A stretch of DNA of 64,000 nucleotides. It comes from an uncultured Chlamydiae bacterium (GTDB taxonomy: Bacteria; Chlamydiota; Chlamydiia; Chlamydiales; SM23-39). Below are positions 1-13,529 of this stretch, one piece after another. Every line of letters starts with the position of its first letter. Position 1 is the first letter of the stretch. The stretch is taken from contig CAWHDP010000002.1 of assembly GCA_963828125.1 (NCBI GenBank), positions 544,001 through 608,000 on the forward strand, written 5' to 3'. Both the position numbers and the translations under genes were made by a program. Below the pieces are notes generated by a model. It was given only the letters and a program-made list of their open reading frames with translations, made no database searches and was not told where the DNA came from.

Positions 1-3109
<3,109 letters not shown>

Positions 3110-3147
3110 GGGCTTCGCTCCTGAAGAATTTGTCAAAATAAAAATAA

Positions 3148-3179
3148 ATCAGAGGGGGGCATAAAAACCCCCGCACTGA
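3148..3179 (-). terminator. Hairpin plus U-rich tract between rplL and rpoB (attenuator-like)
   Basis: Minus strand tcagtgcggggg-tttttatg-cccccctctga, followed by tttattttattttg. Confidence 0.5.
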
Positions 3180-3218
3180 CATCATAGCGTGATTGCACTC
3201 TTTTAGCTGCAACTTTTT

Positions 3219-3605
3219 TTATAGGCCTGTCAATTTGACCTTTCCACCAGCTGTCTGGATCTTCTTCTGAATCTCTTCAGCCTCTGCTTTCGGAGCAGAA
3301 GGTTTCAAATCTTTCGGCGCCCCTTCGACGAGATCTTTGGCTTCTTTCAGACCTAGGCCTGTCACTTCGCGCACCGCTTTAATGACAGAAATCTTTTTAT
3401 CATCGGGTATTGGGCCTTCGAGAGTGACTTTGAAGTCAGTCGAATCGGAAGCAGCGGCGGCAGCTGGAGCCGCTCCGCCTGCGGCAGCGGCGGTTGCAAC
3501 AGCGGCTTTTACGCCCCATTTTGTTTCGAGTTTTTCTTTCAGTTTAGCCATATCGAGCACGGACAACTGGCTCAATTTTTCAACGAGATCGTCTAAATGT
3601 TGCAT
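3219..3605 (-). CDS. rplL: 50S ribosomal protein L7/L12
   Basis: Ala-rich hinge; KISVIKAVREVTGLGLKEAKDLVEGAP. Confidence 0.98.
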   Translation of the reverse strand: MQHLDDLVEKLSQLSVLDMAKLKEKLETKWGVKAAVATAAAAGGAAPAAAAASDSTDFKVTLEGPIPDDKKISVIKAVREVTGLGLKEAKDLVEGAPKDLKPSAPKAEAEEIQKKIQTAGGKVKLTGL

Positions 3606-3626
3606 GGATTCAATTCTCCTAAATCT

Positions 3627-4139
3627 TTAACTTTCACTTTTTTGTTCAATGACGGAGAGCGGCCCGGCAAGCGCTGCTTCCATAACAGAAAGCATGTGCG
3701 ACATCGGCGAGATAAATAGCCCCAGCAGCATCGCTCTCATTTCGTCTATTCCTGGCAGCTTGGAGAGCATTTCTACTTCCGCGCCAGGCATTATTTTTCC
3801 ATCAATATGGCCGCAAATCACTTGAATCAGGTTCCCATTCTCCTCAGAGAATTTGAACACCGCTTTCGCAGAGACCATCGGATCATTCTGAGCGACAAAC
3901 ACGACGCCTACATGGCCTTTCAGCAGGGATTCGTCAAGTTTGACGCCCGACTGTTCGGCCGCCTTGACAAACACCCTCTTCTTGACCACTTCCAATGTGC
4001 TTCCCGCTGCGCCAAGAAGGGTCCTGAATTGCCAAGAGGCATTGGGCGCCAGCTTATCGTAGCTCATCACAATCATCGCACTTGAACCATCGATCTTCTT
4101 CTTTATTTCGTCCAAAAGGAGCGGTTTTTCTTTTCTCAT
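3627..4139 (-). CDS. rplJ: 50S ribosomal protein L10
   Basis: 170 aa between rplA and rpl[16 protein letters not shown]-terminal motif. Confidence 0.95.
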   Translation of the reverse strand: MRKEKPLLLDEIKKKIDGSSAMIVMSYDKLAPNASWQFRTLLGAAGSTLEVVKKRVFVKAAEQSGVKLDESLLKGHVGVVFVAQNDPMVSAKAVFKFSEENGNLIQVICGHIDGKIMPGAEVEMLSKLPGIDEMRAMLLGLFISPMSHMLSVMEAALAGPLSVIEQKSES

Positions 4140-4149
4140 GGGAATCTCC

Positions 4150-4848
4150 TTATGCCAATGTGATGGATTGCAGATCGATCTTCAAACCAGGGCCCATCGT
4201 CGTGGAGAGATACATACCCCTGAAAAAGGCGCCCTTTGCGCTAGCAGGCTTCGACCTTGCAATCGCGTTCAACAAAACCGTTAAGTTCTCAACCAAATTC
4301 GCCGTATGGAAAGAGATCTTGCCAACCGCATTGTTGACATTGCCGGTTTTATCGACTTTGAACTCGATCTTACCTGCCTTAACCTCTTTCACCGCTTTGG
4401 CGACCTCATTCGTTACAGTGCCCGCTTTTGGCGTCGGCATGAGTCCTCGGGGGCCCAACACTTTACCGAGTTTTCCGAGTTCGCGCATCATGTCGGGCGT
4501 TGAGATCAACGCGCTGAAATCAGTCCAGCCCCCTTTAATTTTTTCGAGGAGCTCGTCTGCTCCGGCATAATCGGCGCCAGCCTCAAGAGCCTCCTTCGCC
4601 TTATCGCCTTTAGCGATGACGACCAGAACCACTTTCTGCCCTGTTCCGTGCGGCAAGGAGACGGTTCCCCTGACTTGCTGATCCGACTTTTTCGGATCGA
4701 CGCCGATTTTAAGGGCCAAGTTGACCGACTGATCAAACTTGGGCGCTGGGCATTTTTTCAGCAGTTCGACCGCTTCATCGAGTTTATAAGACCTGTTGCG
4801 ATCGAGCAGCTTCTCGACCTCTTGCATTCTCTTGGATCTTTTTACCAT
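4150..4848 (-). CDS. rplA: 50S ribosomal protein L1
   Basis: [37 protein letters not shown]. Confidence 0.98.
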   Translation of the reverse strand: MVKRSKRMQEVEKLLDRNRSYKLDEAVELLKKCPAPKFDQSVNLALKIGVDPKKSDQQVRGTVSLPHGTGQKVVLVVIAKGDKAKEALEAGADYAGADELLEKIKGGWTDFSALISTPDMMRELGKLGKVLGPRGLMPTPKAGTVTNEVAKAVKEVKAGKIEFKVDKTGNVNNAVGKISFHTANLVENLTVLLNAIARSKPASAKGAFFRGMYLSTTMGPGLKIDLQSITLA

Positions 4849-4849
4849 A

Positions 4850-5284
4850 TCAAGCCTCCACCTCGACGCCCATCGAGCGGGCGGTCCCTTCCACCATCCT
4901 TCTGGCGCTCTTCATGGGATCTTTGAGATCGACCCGCATATCTTCGCTTTTCGCTTGGGCGATTTTTTCGACCTGCTCTTTGGTCATTTTGCCCACTTTG
5001 TCGCGGTTAGGCACTTTTGAACCCGACTCAATACCCAACTCCTTGAGGATCATTCTAGATACAGGGGGTTTCCGGGTGATGAACGAGAACGACTTATCCG
5101 CAAAGACACTGATCACAACGGGGAGTATGTCGCCCCCCTGATCTTGCGTTTTCGCATTGAATTCCTTACAAAAAGCCATGATATTGATACCGGCAGAACC
5201 GAGGGCTGGGCCGATCGGAGGCGCTGGATTGGCTTTTCCTGCAGGAATTTGCAGTTTAATTGTTTTGAGTAACTTTTTTGCCAT
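4850..5284 (-). CDS. rplK: 50S ribosomal protein L11
   Basis: [21 protein letters not shown]; start reassigned to ATG 5284 (MAKK). Confidence 0.98.
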   Translation of the reverse strand: MAKKLLKTIKLQIPAGKANPAPPIGPALGSAGINIMAFCKEFNAKTQDQGGDILPVVISVFADKSFSFITRKPPVSRMILKELGIESGSKVPNRDKVGKMTKEQVEKIAQAKSEDMRVDLKDPMKSARRMVEGTARSMGVEVEA

Positions 5285-5335
5285 TGATTTTCCTTTTTTG
5301 AGTCCTATCAAAAGGGTTTAACCCCTCTCTCCTCA

Positions 5336-5881
5336 TTATCCCGCGTTCTCAGCGGTAGATTGTTCCACCTGCCAGAACTCGAGATCGTCGACCCGCGTCT
5401 CCCGGCCAAAAATCGAGACCATCACGCTAAGCCGCCCTTTTTCGTGGTTCACTTCGGTCACCGTGCCGACGAAGTTAATAAACACCCCATCGGTGATCTT
5501 GACCCGGTCGCCCACATCGACCTTGTGTTTTTGTACAATGCCTTTTTGTCGATCTTCGAGCTCTTTCATGATATCGCCCACCTCTTTCTCGGTCAAAGGA
5601 GTCGGTTTTTCACCGCCCAAGAAATCGATGACGCCAGGGGTGTCTTTCACATAGGCCCAAGACTCGTCGTGCAAATTCATTTTCACCAGCAAATAGCCTG
5701 GCCACATCCGCTTTTCGCTGATTTTTTGCTGACCCCGTTTCACCTCGGATACATTTTCAGTGGGAATCAAAATTTCGACAATGTCATCCGCCATCCCTTT
5801 TGCTTGAAGAAATTCCTCGATCGCCTTCTTCACCTTTTTCTCGTGACTCGACATCACCTGAACGACATACCATTTATGCAT
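5336..5881 (-). CDS. nusG: Transcription termination/antitermination factor NusG
   Basis: KWYVVQV, PGYLLVKM, KOW motif GDRVKITDG, VSIFGRET. Confidence 0.98.
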   Translation of the reverse strand: MHKWYVVQVMSSHEKKVKKAIEEFLQAKGMADDIVEILIPTENVSEVKRGQQKISEKRMWPGYLLVKMNLHDESWAYVKDTPGVIDFLGGEKPTPLTEKEVGDIMKELEDRQKGIVQKHKVDVGDRVKITDGVFINFVGTVTEVNHEKGRLSVMVSIFGRETRVDDLEFWQVEQSTAENAG

Positions 5882-5887
5882 ACATTT

Positions 5888-6115
5888 TCACCCAAAAATC
5901 ATCCGAATAAAATGGGCAGCGCCATCCATAACGCCCCGAATTCCTAAATCGACCGCGTAGATCGTCAAACCGAAAAAAAATGTGGCCAAAATGACGGCCT
6001 TCGTGCAGAAAAGGAGCTCCTCCTTCGAAGTCCAAGTGACCTTCTTCAGCTCATTTTGCACCTCTCTCAAAAAAGAGACCTTCTTTTTCTCTCCAGCGAT
6101 TGTCGACATACCCAC
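5888..6115 (-). CDS. secE: Preprotein translocase subunit SecE
   Basis: ELKKVTW motif, one TM helix, between tRNA-Trp and nusG. Confidence 0.95.
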   Translation of the reverse strand: MGMSTIAGEKKKVSFLREVQNELKKVTWTSKEELLFCTKAVILATFFFGLTIYAVDLGIRGVMDGAAHFIRMIFG

Positions 6116-6141
6116 CCCCTTTTCTCATTTTTGGCGCGATT

Positions 6142-6214
6142 CGAGTGCGGAGGGATTCGAACCCCCGACCGGCGACTTTGGAGATCGCTGCTCTACCAGC
6201 TGAGCTACACACCC
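6142..6214 (-). tRNA. trnW: tRNA-Trp (CCA)
   Basis: GGGTGTGTAGCTCAGCTGGTAGAGCAGCGATCT-CCA-AAGTCGCCGGTCGGGGGTTCGAATCCCTCCGCACTCG cloverleaf. Confidence 0.96.
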
Positions 6215-6248
6215 ACATGGGGGTTCCTTTCAGGAACCTCCATTCTGA

Positions 6249-7433
6249 TTATTTCAGGATTTTAGAGACCGTTCCGGCGCCGATCGTTCGGCCGCCCTCG
6301 CGAATCGCAAAGCGCATCCCTTCTTCCATAGCAATCGGATGGATCAGATCGGCCTTAAATTCCACATTATCGCCTGGCATCACCATCTCAGTCCCTGCAG
6401 GCAGCTCGACTGTTCCCGTCACATCCGTTGTTCGGAAGTAAAACTGAGGCCGGTACCCGGAGAAGAACGGCTTATGTCGGCCCCCTTCATCTTTCGTGAG
6501 GACGTATACGGCCCCCTTGAATTCGCTGTGCGGAGTGCATGTGCCAGGAGAGACAAGAACCATCCCCCGTTCGACGTCGTTTTTCTCGATGCCTCTCAAA
6601 AGAACGCCTACGTTTTCACCCGCAAAAGCCTCATCAAGGCTCTTTTGGAACATCTCCAGACCCGTCACTACCGTATCGCGCGTTTCGCGGATACCGACGA
6701 TTTGGATTTTATCGTTGACTTTGATCTTACCGCGCTCGATCCGGCCGGTCACCACTGTACCTCTGCCAGAAATAGAGAACACGTCCTCAATCGGCATCAA
6801 GAACGGCTTATCGATTTCGCGCACTGGAGTCGGGATCTTCTCGTCGACCGTATCCATCAACTTGACGATAGCCTGAACATATTGAGGATCCCCTTCGAGA
6901 GCCTTCAAGGCGGAACCGCGGATGATCGGGACATTTTTGTACCCTTTCGCTTCGAGCAATTCAGTCAGTTCCATCTCGACGAGTTCAACAAGTTCTTCGT
7001 CGCCCTTGCCGATCATGTCCATCTTATTAAGAAAGACAACAATCGCAGGAACACCCACTTGGTGAGCCAGCAGGATGTGCTCTTTTGTCTGAGGCATAGG
7101 CCCATCCGTTGCAGCGACGACGAGGATCGCTCCGTCCATCTGAGCCGCGCCTGTGATCATGTTCTTCACATAGTCGGCGTGACCGGGGCAGTCGACGTGC
7201 GCATAGTGGCGCTTATCCGTTTGATATTCAACGTGAGAGGCGTTGATCGTAATTCCACGCGCCTTTTCTTCAGGCGTATTATCGATCGAGCTGTAATCGC
7301 GGTATTTCGCTTGCCCCTTTTCAGCCAAAACCTTCGTAATGGCAGCCGTCAGCGTCGTCTTACCGTGGTCGACGTGCCCGATTGTACCGATGTTAACGTG
7401 CGGTTTCTCTCTTTTGTAGTTTTCTTTGGCCAT
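6249..7433 (-). CDS. tufA: Elongation factor Tu
   Basis: [36 protein letters not shown]. Confidence 0.99.
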   Translation of the reverse strand: MAKENYKREKPHVNIGTIGHVDHGKTTLTAAITKVLAEKGQAKYRDYSSIDNTPEEKARGITINASHVEYQTDKRHYAHVDCPGHADYVKNMITGAAQMDGAILVVAATDGPMPQTKEHILLAHQVGVPAIVVFLNKMDMIGKGDEELVELVEMELTELLEAKGYKNVPIIRGSALKALEGDPQYVQAIVKLMDTVDEKIPTPVREIDKPFLMPIEDVFSISGRGTVVTGRIERGKIKVNDKIQIVGIRETRDTVVTGLEMFQKSLDEAFAGENVGVLLRGIEKNDVERGMVLVSPGTCTPHSEFKGAVYVLTKDEGGRHKPFFSGYRPQFYFRTTDVTGTVELPAGTEMVMPGDNVEFKADLIHPIAMEEGMRFAIREGGRTIGAGTVSKILK

Positions 7434-7474
7434 TTTAAAACATCCTCCGTTCGGCTCTAGAATTCATTTTTTTA

Positions 7475-7546
7475 TGCCCAAGATAGGAATCGAACCTACG
7501 ACCACATGCTTACCATGCATGTGCTCTACCACTGAGCTACCTGGGC
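7475..7546 (-). tRNA. trnT: tRNA-Thr (GGT)
   Basis: GCCCAGGTAGCTCAGTGGTAGAGCACATGCAT-GGT-AAGCATGTGGTCGTAGGTTCGATTCCTATCTTGGGCA, upstream of tuf. Confidence 0.96.
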
Positions 7547-7645
7547 GCTCTTTTTCAGCGCTCTTTGCAACAGGTTTCAAAAGCTTGCAAGCATAAAGCA
7601 CTTGCAGCAATTAAATCAAACCTTTTCCAACCCGCAACTTTAAAT

Positions 7646-7864
7646 TTATTTTTGGCGATACACGATACGCGCCTTAGTCAGGTCATATGGAGACATCTCC
7701 ACAGTCACCGCATCTCCAGCGTACACACGGATATTGCGCATGCGCATCTTCCCACTTAAATGGGCGATGACGTGCATCCCGTTCTCCAGTACTACGCTAA
7801 AGTTCATATTCGGCAAAAGCTCTTCAACCTTGCCTTCCATCTTGATCGTTTCTTCTTTCGACAT
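7646..7864 (-). CDS. infA: Translation initiation factor IF-1
   Basis: [19 protein letters not shown]...SGKMR...[18 protein letters not shown]; start reassigned to ATG 7864. Confidence 0.98.
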   Translation of the reverse strand: MSKEETIKMEGKVEELLPNMNFSVVLENGMHVIAHLSGKMRMRNIRVYAGDAVTVEMSPYDLTKARIVYRQK

Positions 7865-7959
7865 ACCGCATTTTGGCTTGGAAATGCTTCTTATGAAACT
7901 CGATGCAACCATTAAAGTCAATGACTATTAATCATTTTCCCGATAAAATCGGTCTCGCC

Positions 7960-8376
7960 ATGGCTGATTCATTCGAAAAAAAATGTGATGAAGTGAAAAA
8001 AATTTTCAGTATGCTCAGCGCTGAAGAGCGGTATAAAACGTTGATCGAGATGGGGAGAAAATTACCCCGCTATCCCGATGAACTGAAAACGGCAGACCGG
8101 CTTGTCCGAGGCTGTCAGAGCATTTTATACTTAAGCGCCAAGGCGGCGAGCGGCAAAATGTTTTTTGAAGCGGCTGGGGATGCTCTCATCTCGGTAGGGC
8201 TCGCCGCCCTCTTGATCCATTTGTATTCGGGAGAACCCCCCGAAACAATTCTCACTAAGCCCCCGGCCTGCATCGAAGAGCTCCAAATCGCGGCCAGCCT
8301 CTCCCCTCATCGCTCCAATGGGTTGTCCAATATTCATTTAAAAATGAAACAAGAAGCTTTGAAAGTATTGATTTAA
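7960..8376 (+). CDS. sufE: SufE family Fe-S cluster assembly protein
   Basis: ERYKTLIEMGRKL, VRGCQS (acceptor Cys), LSPHRSNGL. Confidence 0.92.
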   Translation: MADSFEKKCDEVKKIFSMLSAEERYKTLIEMGRKLPRYPDELKTADRLVRGCQSILYLSAKAASGKMFFEAAGDALISVGLAALLIHLYSGEPPETILTKPPACIEELQIAASLSPHRSNGLSNIHLKMKQEALKVLI

Positions 8377-8596
8377 TATTACATTAGCAATCAATAAAGA
8401 ACTTTGGACGGCGTATATTTCCAAACAAACACCGTCACCGGAACTGTGGGAATAGGTAGGCAGCGGTCCCTACTCAAAGAGCCAGATGCTGTTAGCAAGC
8501 GGCAGGAGGAGAGCTGAAAGCCTAGTCTTTCAATTTTTTTAGGTGCTTTCTTTATCCATTTTTGGTATAACCTTGAGCAAACAGCCAGGATTGTCC

Positions 8597-9550
8597 ATGA
8601 GTCTGCAAGTTGGGGGCAGCGTTTCTCTCACACATTTTTTGACCGATCTTCATCAGGGCGGGAGTACCCCCTCCCAAATCTTAAAAAAAAATGTTACCTC
8701 GATCGAGAGAAAGGCATTTGTTTTTAATGCGCTTGAAAAAATTTGTTATGTGGCTTTGCTAGCGATCATGGCGGCCATTTTTGCTGTCTCCTACACTACG
8801 GCTGTCCTGACGCCGGGTCTCACACTCGTCATGGCGGGCATGGCCCTATCGACGCCGCTCATCATGCTGAGTCTTCATCCGATTGTGAAAAGAGCTCAAC
8901 AATGGTCTAGGCTCGCTCACACAGAGCGTCAGGTCTATCTTCAGCTCAAACAAATTGAACGGTGGGACTCTTCTCAGGTCGAGAGTTTCCTGAAAGAACA
9001 ACATGTCGATCTGAAGAGGATCCCCCTCGATCATTTAAGGAGGCTGAATCCTCAGGCCCCCCTTTGCGCGCTGCTTCCTCTCATCGCCCGATTCAACTAC
9101 TATAGCGGGCGGTTTCGCGAAATTGAGGCCGGTGTGCAAAAAGCCCTTCCTGCACAAGAGGCTCACTTCGCTAAACGGGAGACAGAGGAGGGAAAACCGG
9201 CTGATCCTAGAGAGAAACAAAAAATCAGATTTGAATCTTGGCGAACGGCTAGGAACCAATTGGAGCTAAACGGCGCCCCCTCGTTCCTCTATGCCGAGGT
9301 GATGCGGCGGTTGCTACAGACCCCCTCGAATCGAGAACTCGATATTCAACCGGAGGCTTACCAAATCCGGACGGTGGGTCTGTTAGCGCCGATGGAGCCT
9401 GCGGCCAGAGCGTTTCACCGAACGTATTCTATCCCAAATGATGATTACCTCCTGTTTTTTGACGGGAGGCCGTCGCTCTCATTGTCTGATATCGAGCGGA
9501 ATGCAGGCTCCCCTCACAAATTGCAACCGGTTCTATTTCCAGAAAAATAG
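8597..9550 (+). CDS. Hypothetical membrane protein with a bilobed hydrophobic segment (Inc-like)
   Basis: ~45-aa double hydrophobic stretch ICYVALLAIMAAIFAV...LTLVMAGMALSTPLIMLSL; S/T-rich N-terminus. Confidence 0.55.
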   Translation: MSLQVGGSVSLTHFLTDLHQGGSTPSQILKKNVTSIERKAFVFNALEKICYVALLAIMAAIFAVSYTTAVLTPGLTLVMAGMALSTPLIMLSLHPIVKRAQQWSRLAHTERQVYLQLKQIERWDSSQVESFLKEQHVDLKRIPLDHLRRLNPQAPLCALLPLIARFNYYSGRFREIEAGVQKALPAQEAHFAKRETEEGKPADPREKQKIRFESWRTARNQLELNGAPSFLYAEVMRRLLQTPSNRELDIQPEAYQIRTVGLLAPMEPAARAFHRTYSIPNDDYLLFFDGRPSLSLSDIERNAGSPHKLQPVLFPEK

Positions 9551-9552
9551 AC

Positions 9553-10254
9553 TTACTGTGCGCTAGTAAAACAGTGAAACAATACGCTAATGTTATGGGC
9601 CGAATGGATCACCATCGGAGCGATGAGGGTATTCTGTTTCCGCTTCCAAAGGCTAAACACGTAGCCCATAAAGCTAGGTGCGAGGATGTTCTTGAGGTGG
9701 GCGGCGCCAAAAACGAGAGCTTGAATCACATCGATGCAAAAATCGGTCGTCCGTTTTCCAAGCTGGATAAAGGTGTGGCGGTTGAGTAGAAGTCCTATGT
9801 CCTCTAGCCTTTCTATGAAAAAGCCTCTAAATAAGATCTCTTCGGCGACGGGGGCCACGATCGCAGCGAGGGAGATCATCCTCCAAGGGTTGGCCAACAC
9901 GGTTTTTGCAAAGTCAGATGGGGGCATGATGGGGAAAGGGACGCCTAGGCTCCAATAAAAAATGTAGATGATCAGGAATTTTAAGAGGATAAGGGTAGCC
10001 CAAAAGGCGAGCCTTTGTTTATCAAAATCTGTGTTGAACCAGTCATTTTTTTCGGTTCGGAGGTACTTTTCGCTCAGCCAGGTGAGGGCCGAGGTGAAGA
10101 GGGAGATTCCGCAGGCGATCGGCAAGGAAAATCCAAGCTGAAAGACGAAGAGGGCGATCGATGCGAGGGCGACAGCGAGAATTTTTTTATGCTGCGCAGT
10201 GAATGCAAATTGAATACCGGGGATGGGAATTTGATATTGAATTTGTGTGATCAT
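9553..10254 (-). CDS. CPBP (CAAX/Abi) family intramembrane metalloprotease
   Basis: EEILFRG, FGAAH and HSAHN motifs; multiple TM helices. Confidence 0.9.
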   Translation of the reverse strand: MITQIQYQIPIPGIQFAFTAQHKKILAVALASIALFVFQLGFSLPIACGISLFTSALTWLSEKYLRTEKNDWFNTDFDKQRLAFWATLILLKFLIIYIFYWSLGVPFPIMPPSDFAKTVLANPWRMISLAAIVAPVAEEILFRGFFIERLEDIGLLLNRHTFIQLGKRTTDFCIDVIQALVFGAAHLKNILAPSFMGYVFSLWKRKQNTLIAPMVIHSAHNISVLFHCFTSAQ

Positions 10255-10281
10255 GTGGGAAGATTTTAGAGCAGGGCTAAA

Positions 10282-11463
10282 TTAAAATAAACAGACAATC
10301 GCGTCTGGCTCGCCGCCGCTGATTTCAACGGTTCCGTCTTTGAGGACGAGGAGGTCGAATTCGAGCCGGACGCCGAATTCTCCGGGAAGATAGATGCCGG
10401 GTTCAAGCGAAAAGCAGGTAGAGGGCAAAATAGGGCGGGTGTCGTGCATTTCGAGGTTGTCCATGTGGGCGCCGCTGCCGTGGAGTTCAATTTCGATATT
10501 GTGGCCGGTTCTGTGGATAAAATAGATTCCGTACCCGGCTTCGCGGATAACGGAGCGGGCGATCTCGTCCACTTCCCATCCTTCCACCCGTTTTTGAAGG
10601 GCCAATCGTTTCCGGACGAATTCTGCGGCCGTTTTTTGGGCTTTCCGGACGATAGAGAAGATCTCTTGTTGCTTTTGGGTGGGTGTAGCGGCCGCGACGG
10701 CGACGCGGGTGATGTCGCCAAAGATGGCTCGCTCGCCTCTCTCTTTGGCCCAGAGATCGATGAGGATAAAATCCCCTTTCTCGATGGGGCTGGAACTCTC
10801 TTTCTCTGGCGCATAGTGAGGGTCGGCGGTGTGGGCATTGACGGCGACGATCGGCGCGTGGTCTGTGATGAGGTGGCGCTCTTTAAATTCGGCGACGATT
10901 TTTTGCTGCACGTCGTATTCAGAGATCGGGTGGCCTCGCTTCAGATGGTCGCCGATCCAATTCCAAGTCGTTTCGGCGATTTGGTCTAGGGCTTTGGCGG
11001 CCCTTCTTTGAGTCTCGATCTGTTCGTCGCTTAAAACGGCGGTGAAATAAGGTAAAAAATCGGCGGAGCTGACCACTTCGACTCCCAATGAACGGATCAA
11101 ATCGACGGTTCCGGCGTCGACGAGGGAAATGTAGGGGATCGCATTTTTCGGCGAGTATTCCATGGCGGCTTTGTTCACTCTTTGCATGAGTTCGGCGAGC
11201 TCTTTTTCGAGGGATTGCCAAGAGGAGTAGAGTCTCAGTTCGCCAGGGAAGGAGTCGAGGATGTGCGGTTCAATGGCGTGGAGAAGTTTGACGGGTTCTC
11301 CGAAGGCGGGGATCCAATAAAAAAAACGGCGGGTGGTCATTTGCTTGGGGGAAAGGTGGAGGAAATGGCGGGCGAGCTCATTTTTGCCGTGAAAATCGTA
11401 GAGGAGCCAGCCGTCGATCCTTCTGGCCTTTAAATACTTTTGAGCCTCTTCGATCCGCTTCAT
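10282..11463 (-). CDS. M24 family (Xaa-Pro) aminopeptidase
   Basis: DPHY, ILIDLW, GDITR, HRTGH, SLEPGIY and GVRLE metal ligands. Confidence 0.92.
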   Translation of the reverse strand: MKRIEEAQKYLKARRIDGWLLYDFHGKNELARHFLHLSPKQMTTRRFFYWIPAFGEPVKLLHAIEPHILDSFPGELRLYSSWQSLEKELAELMQRVNKAAMEYSPKNAIPYISLVDAGTVDLIRSLGVEVVSSADFLPYFTAVLSDEQIETQRRAAKALDQIAETTWNWIGDHLKRGHPISEYDVQQKIVAEFKERHLITDHAPIVAVNAHTADPHYAPEKESSSPIEKGDFILIDLWAKERGERAIFGDITRVAVAAATPTQKQQEIFSIVRKAQKTAAEFVRKRLALQKRVEGWEVDEIARSVIREAGYGIYFIHRTGHNIEIELHGSGAHMDNLEMHDTRPILPSTCFSLEPGIYLPGEFGVRLEFDLLVLKDGTVEISGGEPDAIVCLF

Positions 11464-13160
11464 CGGTTGACGCTCTGTATCAGGGCGGCGGCGGCGGCGA
11501 CGCGCAAAATGGGGAACGGTTCTCTGAGGACGCCTACGAGAAAACTGTACGATTGGGCATTGCCGATTTTGCCAAGCGCTTCGAGGATGTGGAGTTTTTT
11601 CTCATGGTCGGCTCCTCCGTAGGCTCCTTGTAGATCCCTCAGCACCGATTCGTCTTTGCCGAACATGGCAAGGACAAGACAGGCCTGGAGTCGGACGTTG
11701 GGGTCGGGGTCGTTCAAGAGCTGCTTGACGACTTCGAGAGCCGATTCGTCCCCTTCATGGAGGAGAGTGGCTGCAGCAACGCCGGAGACGCCCCAATTTT
11801 TTCTTTGTAAAAACGATTTTAGGGCAAAAAGCGCTCTAGGGTCTTCGACGAGGGCAAGGAGCGAGACGAGATTGAGGCGGGTCATCTGATCTTGGGCTTC
11901 CGGGTAGTTGGGGATCTGGTCGTTATGGCGGACTTGGCTCGGGGCCAAGATGTCGAAGAGCGGATTCGGGCGCTTGTCGATCATCCACATCCGTTTTTCG
12001 GTCTCGAGGAAGCGGTAGATGAGATCGCAGCAGGCTTGCACTTCGACTCTTTGGCCGAGCAGGCCAAGGGCGATATTGGCCTGCACGTAGGGGTCAAAGC
12101 TCTCTTTCATGGTTTTGACGGCGAGATTCACCCCTCGGCTGCCGACAGCAGCCAAGGCGGCAGAGGCGAGGCGCCGGTTTTCAGGAAGGGAATCAGAGAG
12201 CCATTTTTCCATGTATTTTTCGCCGAGGGGCGAGTGGATGACAAAGGCGGCCCAGCTCGCGGTGATGGCGACAGCTGGATCGGGGTCGCTGAGGGCGCTC
12301 AGGAGATCTTCTTCTTGGCCTTGATAAAAAAGGCCGAACGCATTGAGGGCGGCGATCCGAACGGAAGGGTGGCTATCTTGAATGAGCCGGATGATCTCTT
12401 CTTTCGCCTCGTCCATCTGGAAGTGGGCGGCGATCGAGCAGGCTAAATGGCGCAAGCCGGCTCTGTTGCTGCGGGCGAGGGTTTTGAATTCGGGGAGCGA
12501 GATCTTCTCGTAGATTTCCAAGAGCGAGGCGATCGCGACTTGCCGCTCTTCGATCGTGGTTTTTTCCGATTGGACAAGCCCTTGCAAAAAGGGGGCTTGC
12601 TCTTTCATTTTGAGGAGGCCTGCGGCTTTAATGACTTCGAGCCGGACCATCCAGACTCTCTCTTCTTTCAGCAGCCGGGTGATTTCGTCTTTCAATGGTG
12701 CGTCTCGAAAGGCGGTAGAGAGTTGCACAGCCACTGAGCGGATGATCGCATTGGAATCGCGCATCATCTTGAGCAAAATGGGGACGGCGCGGGTATCGCG
12801 GGTTAAAAAGGCGCCGATGGCGGCGGAGAGCCTGACTCCGTATTGGGTGGAACGGGTCCCTTTCTTCAAGACGCCCCACGCAAGTTCTTCTAAAAGATGT
12901 CGGTCGTAGAGCAAATCGGGTCGCTGTTGCGTCGAACGGTTCCAGAGATCGAGCGCCTGTTCTTCGAGGCCGCCTGCGGCCAACGCTTCGATCAAGGTTT
13001 TCTCTACGGGGAGCGAATCGGGGTAATGGGCCGCCAAGCTTTGAGCCTCAGAGAGGGCCGAGCCGGGGTCATCGATCAATAAATGGGCCTGCACTCTTCG
13101 GATCCCCTCCTCCTCAGACAATGGAGAGGCGAAAAGAGCGACCGCCAAAAGCCACAACAT
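11460..13160 (-). CDS. HEAT-repeat protein with signal peptide
   Basis: Repeated L.D....VR..A..AL units; N-terminal hydrophobic leader. Confidence 0.85.
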   Translation of the reverse strand: MLWLLAVALFASPLSEEEGIRRVQAHLLIDDPGSALSEAQSLAAHYPDSLPVEKTLIEALAAGGLEEQALDLWNRSTQQRPDLLYDRHLLEELAWGVLKKGTRSTQYGVRLSAAIGAFLTRDTRAVPILLKMMRDSNAIIRSVAVQLSTAFRDAPLKDEITRLLKEERVWMVRLEVIKAAGLLKMKEQAPFLQGLVQSEKTTIEERQVAIASLLEIYEKISLPEFKTLARSNRAGLRHLACSIAAHFQMDEAKEEIIRLIQDSHPSVRIAALNAFGLFYQGQEEDLLSALSDPDPAVAITASWAAFVIHSPLGEKYMEKWLSDSLPENRRLASAALAAVGSRGVNLAVKTMKESFDPYVQANIALGLLGQRVEVQACCDLIYRFLETEKRMWMIDKRPNPLFDILAPSQVRHNDQIPNYPEAQDQMTRLNLVSLLALVEDPRALFALKSFLQRKNWGVSGVAAATLLHEGDESALEVVKQLLNDPDPNVRLQACLVLAMFGKDESVLRDLQGAYGGADHEKKLHILEALGKIGNAQSYSFLVGVLREPFPILRVAAAAALIQSVNR

Positions 13161-13193
13161 CGGTTCCCTTTGTTTTTCTTCTCTCTTAACCGA

Positions 13194-13529
13194 TCAGGCC
13201 ATTTTTCCCAAGACCCTCCCCCCGATCAGGTGGAAATGGAGGTGGAAAATCGTCTGGCCCGCGCCCGCGCCGTTGTTGGTCAAGAACCTATAGTTATCTC
13301 CGATCCCCCGTTCTTCAGCGATCTCCTGAGCCACCCGGACGATTTCTCCGAGGAGGGGATAATCGTGTGGCTCCATCGCCTGGAGATTGGAGATCTCCTT
13401 CTTCGGCATGATCAAAATGTGAACTGGCGCCTCTGGATGGATATCTTCAATGGCGAGGATCCGCTCGTTTTCAAACACGATTTTCGCGGGGAGTTTTTTC
13501 TGGATAATCAACCCAAATACCGTACTCAT
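13194..13529 (-). CDS. HIT (histidine triad) nucleotide-binding protein
   Basis: GQTIFHLHFHLIGGR. Confidence 0.95.
   Translation of the reverse strand: MSTVFGLIIQKKLPAKIVFENERILAIEDIHPEAPVHILIMPKKEISNLQAMEPHDYPLLGEIVRVAQEIAEERGIGDNYRFLTNNGAGAGQTIFHLHFHLIGGRVLGKMA

Noticed and set aside
6339..7460. 373-aa + strand ORF
   Set aside because: Antisense to tufA; codon-symmetry artefact
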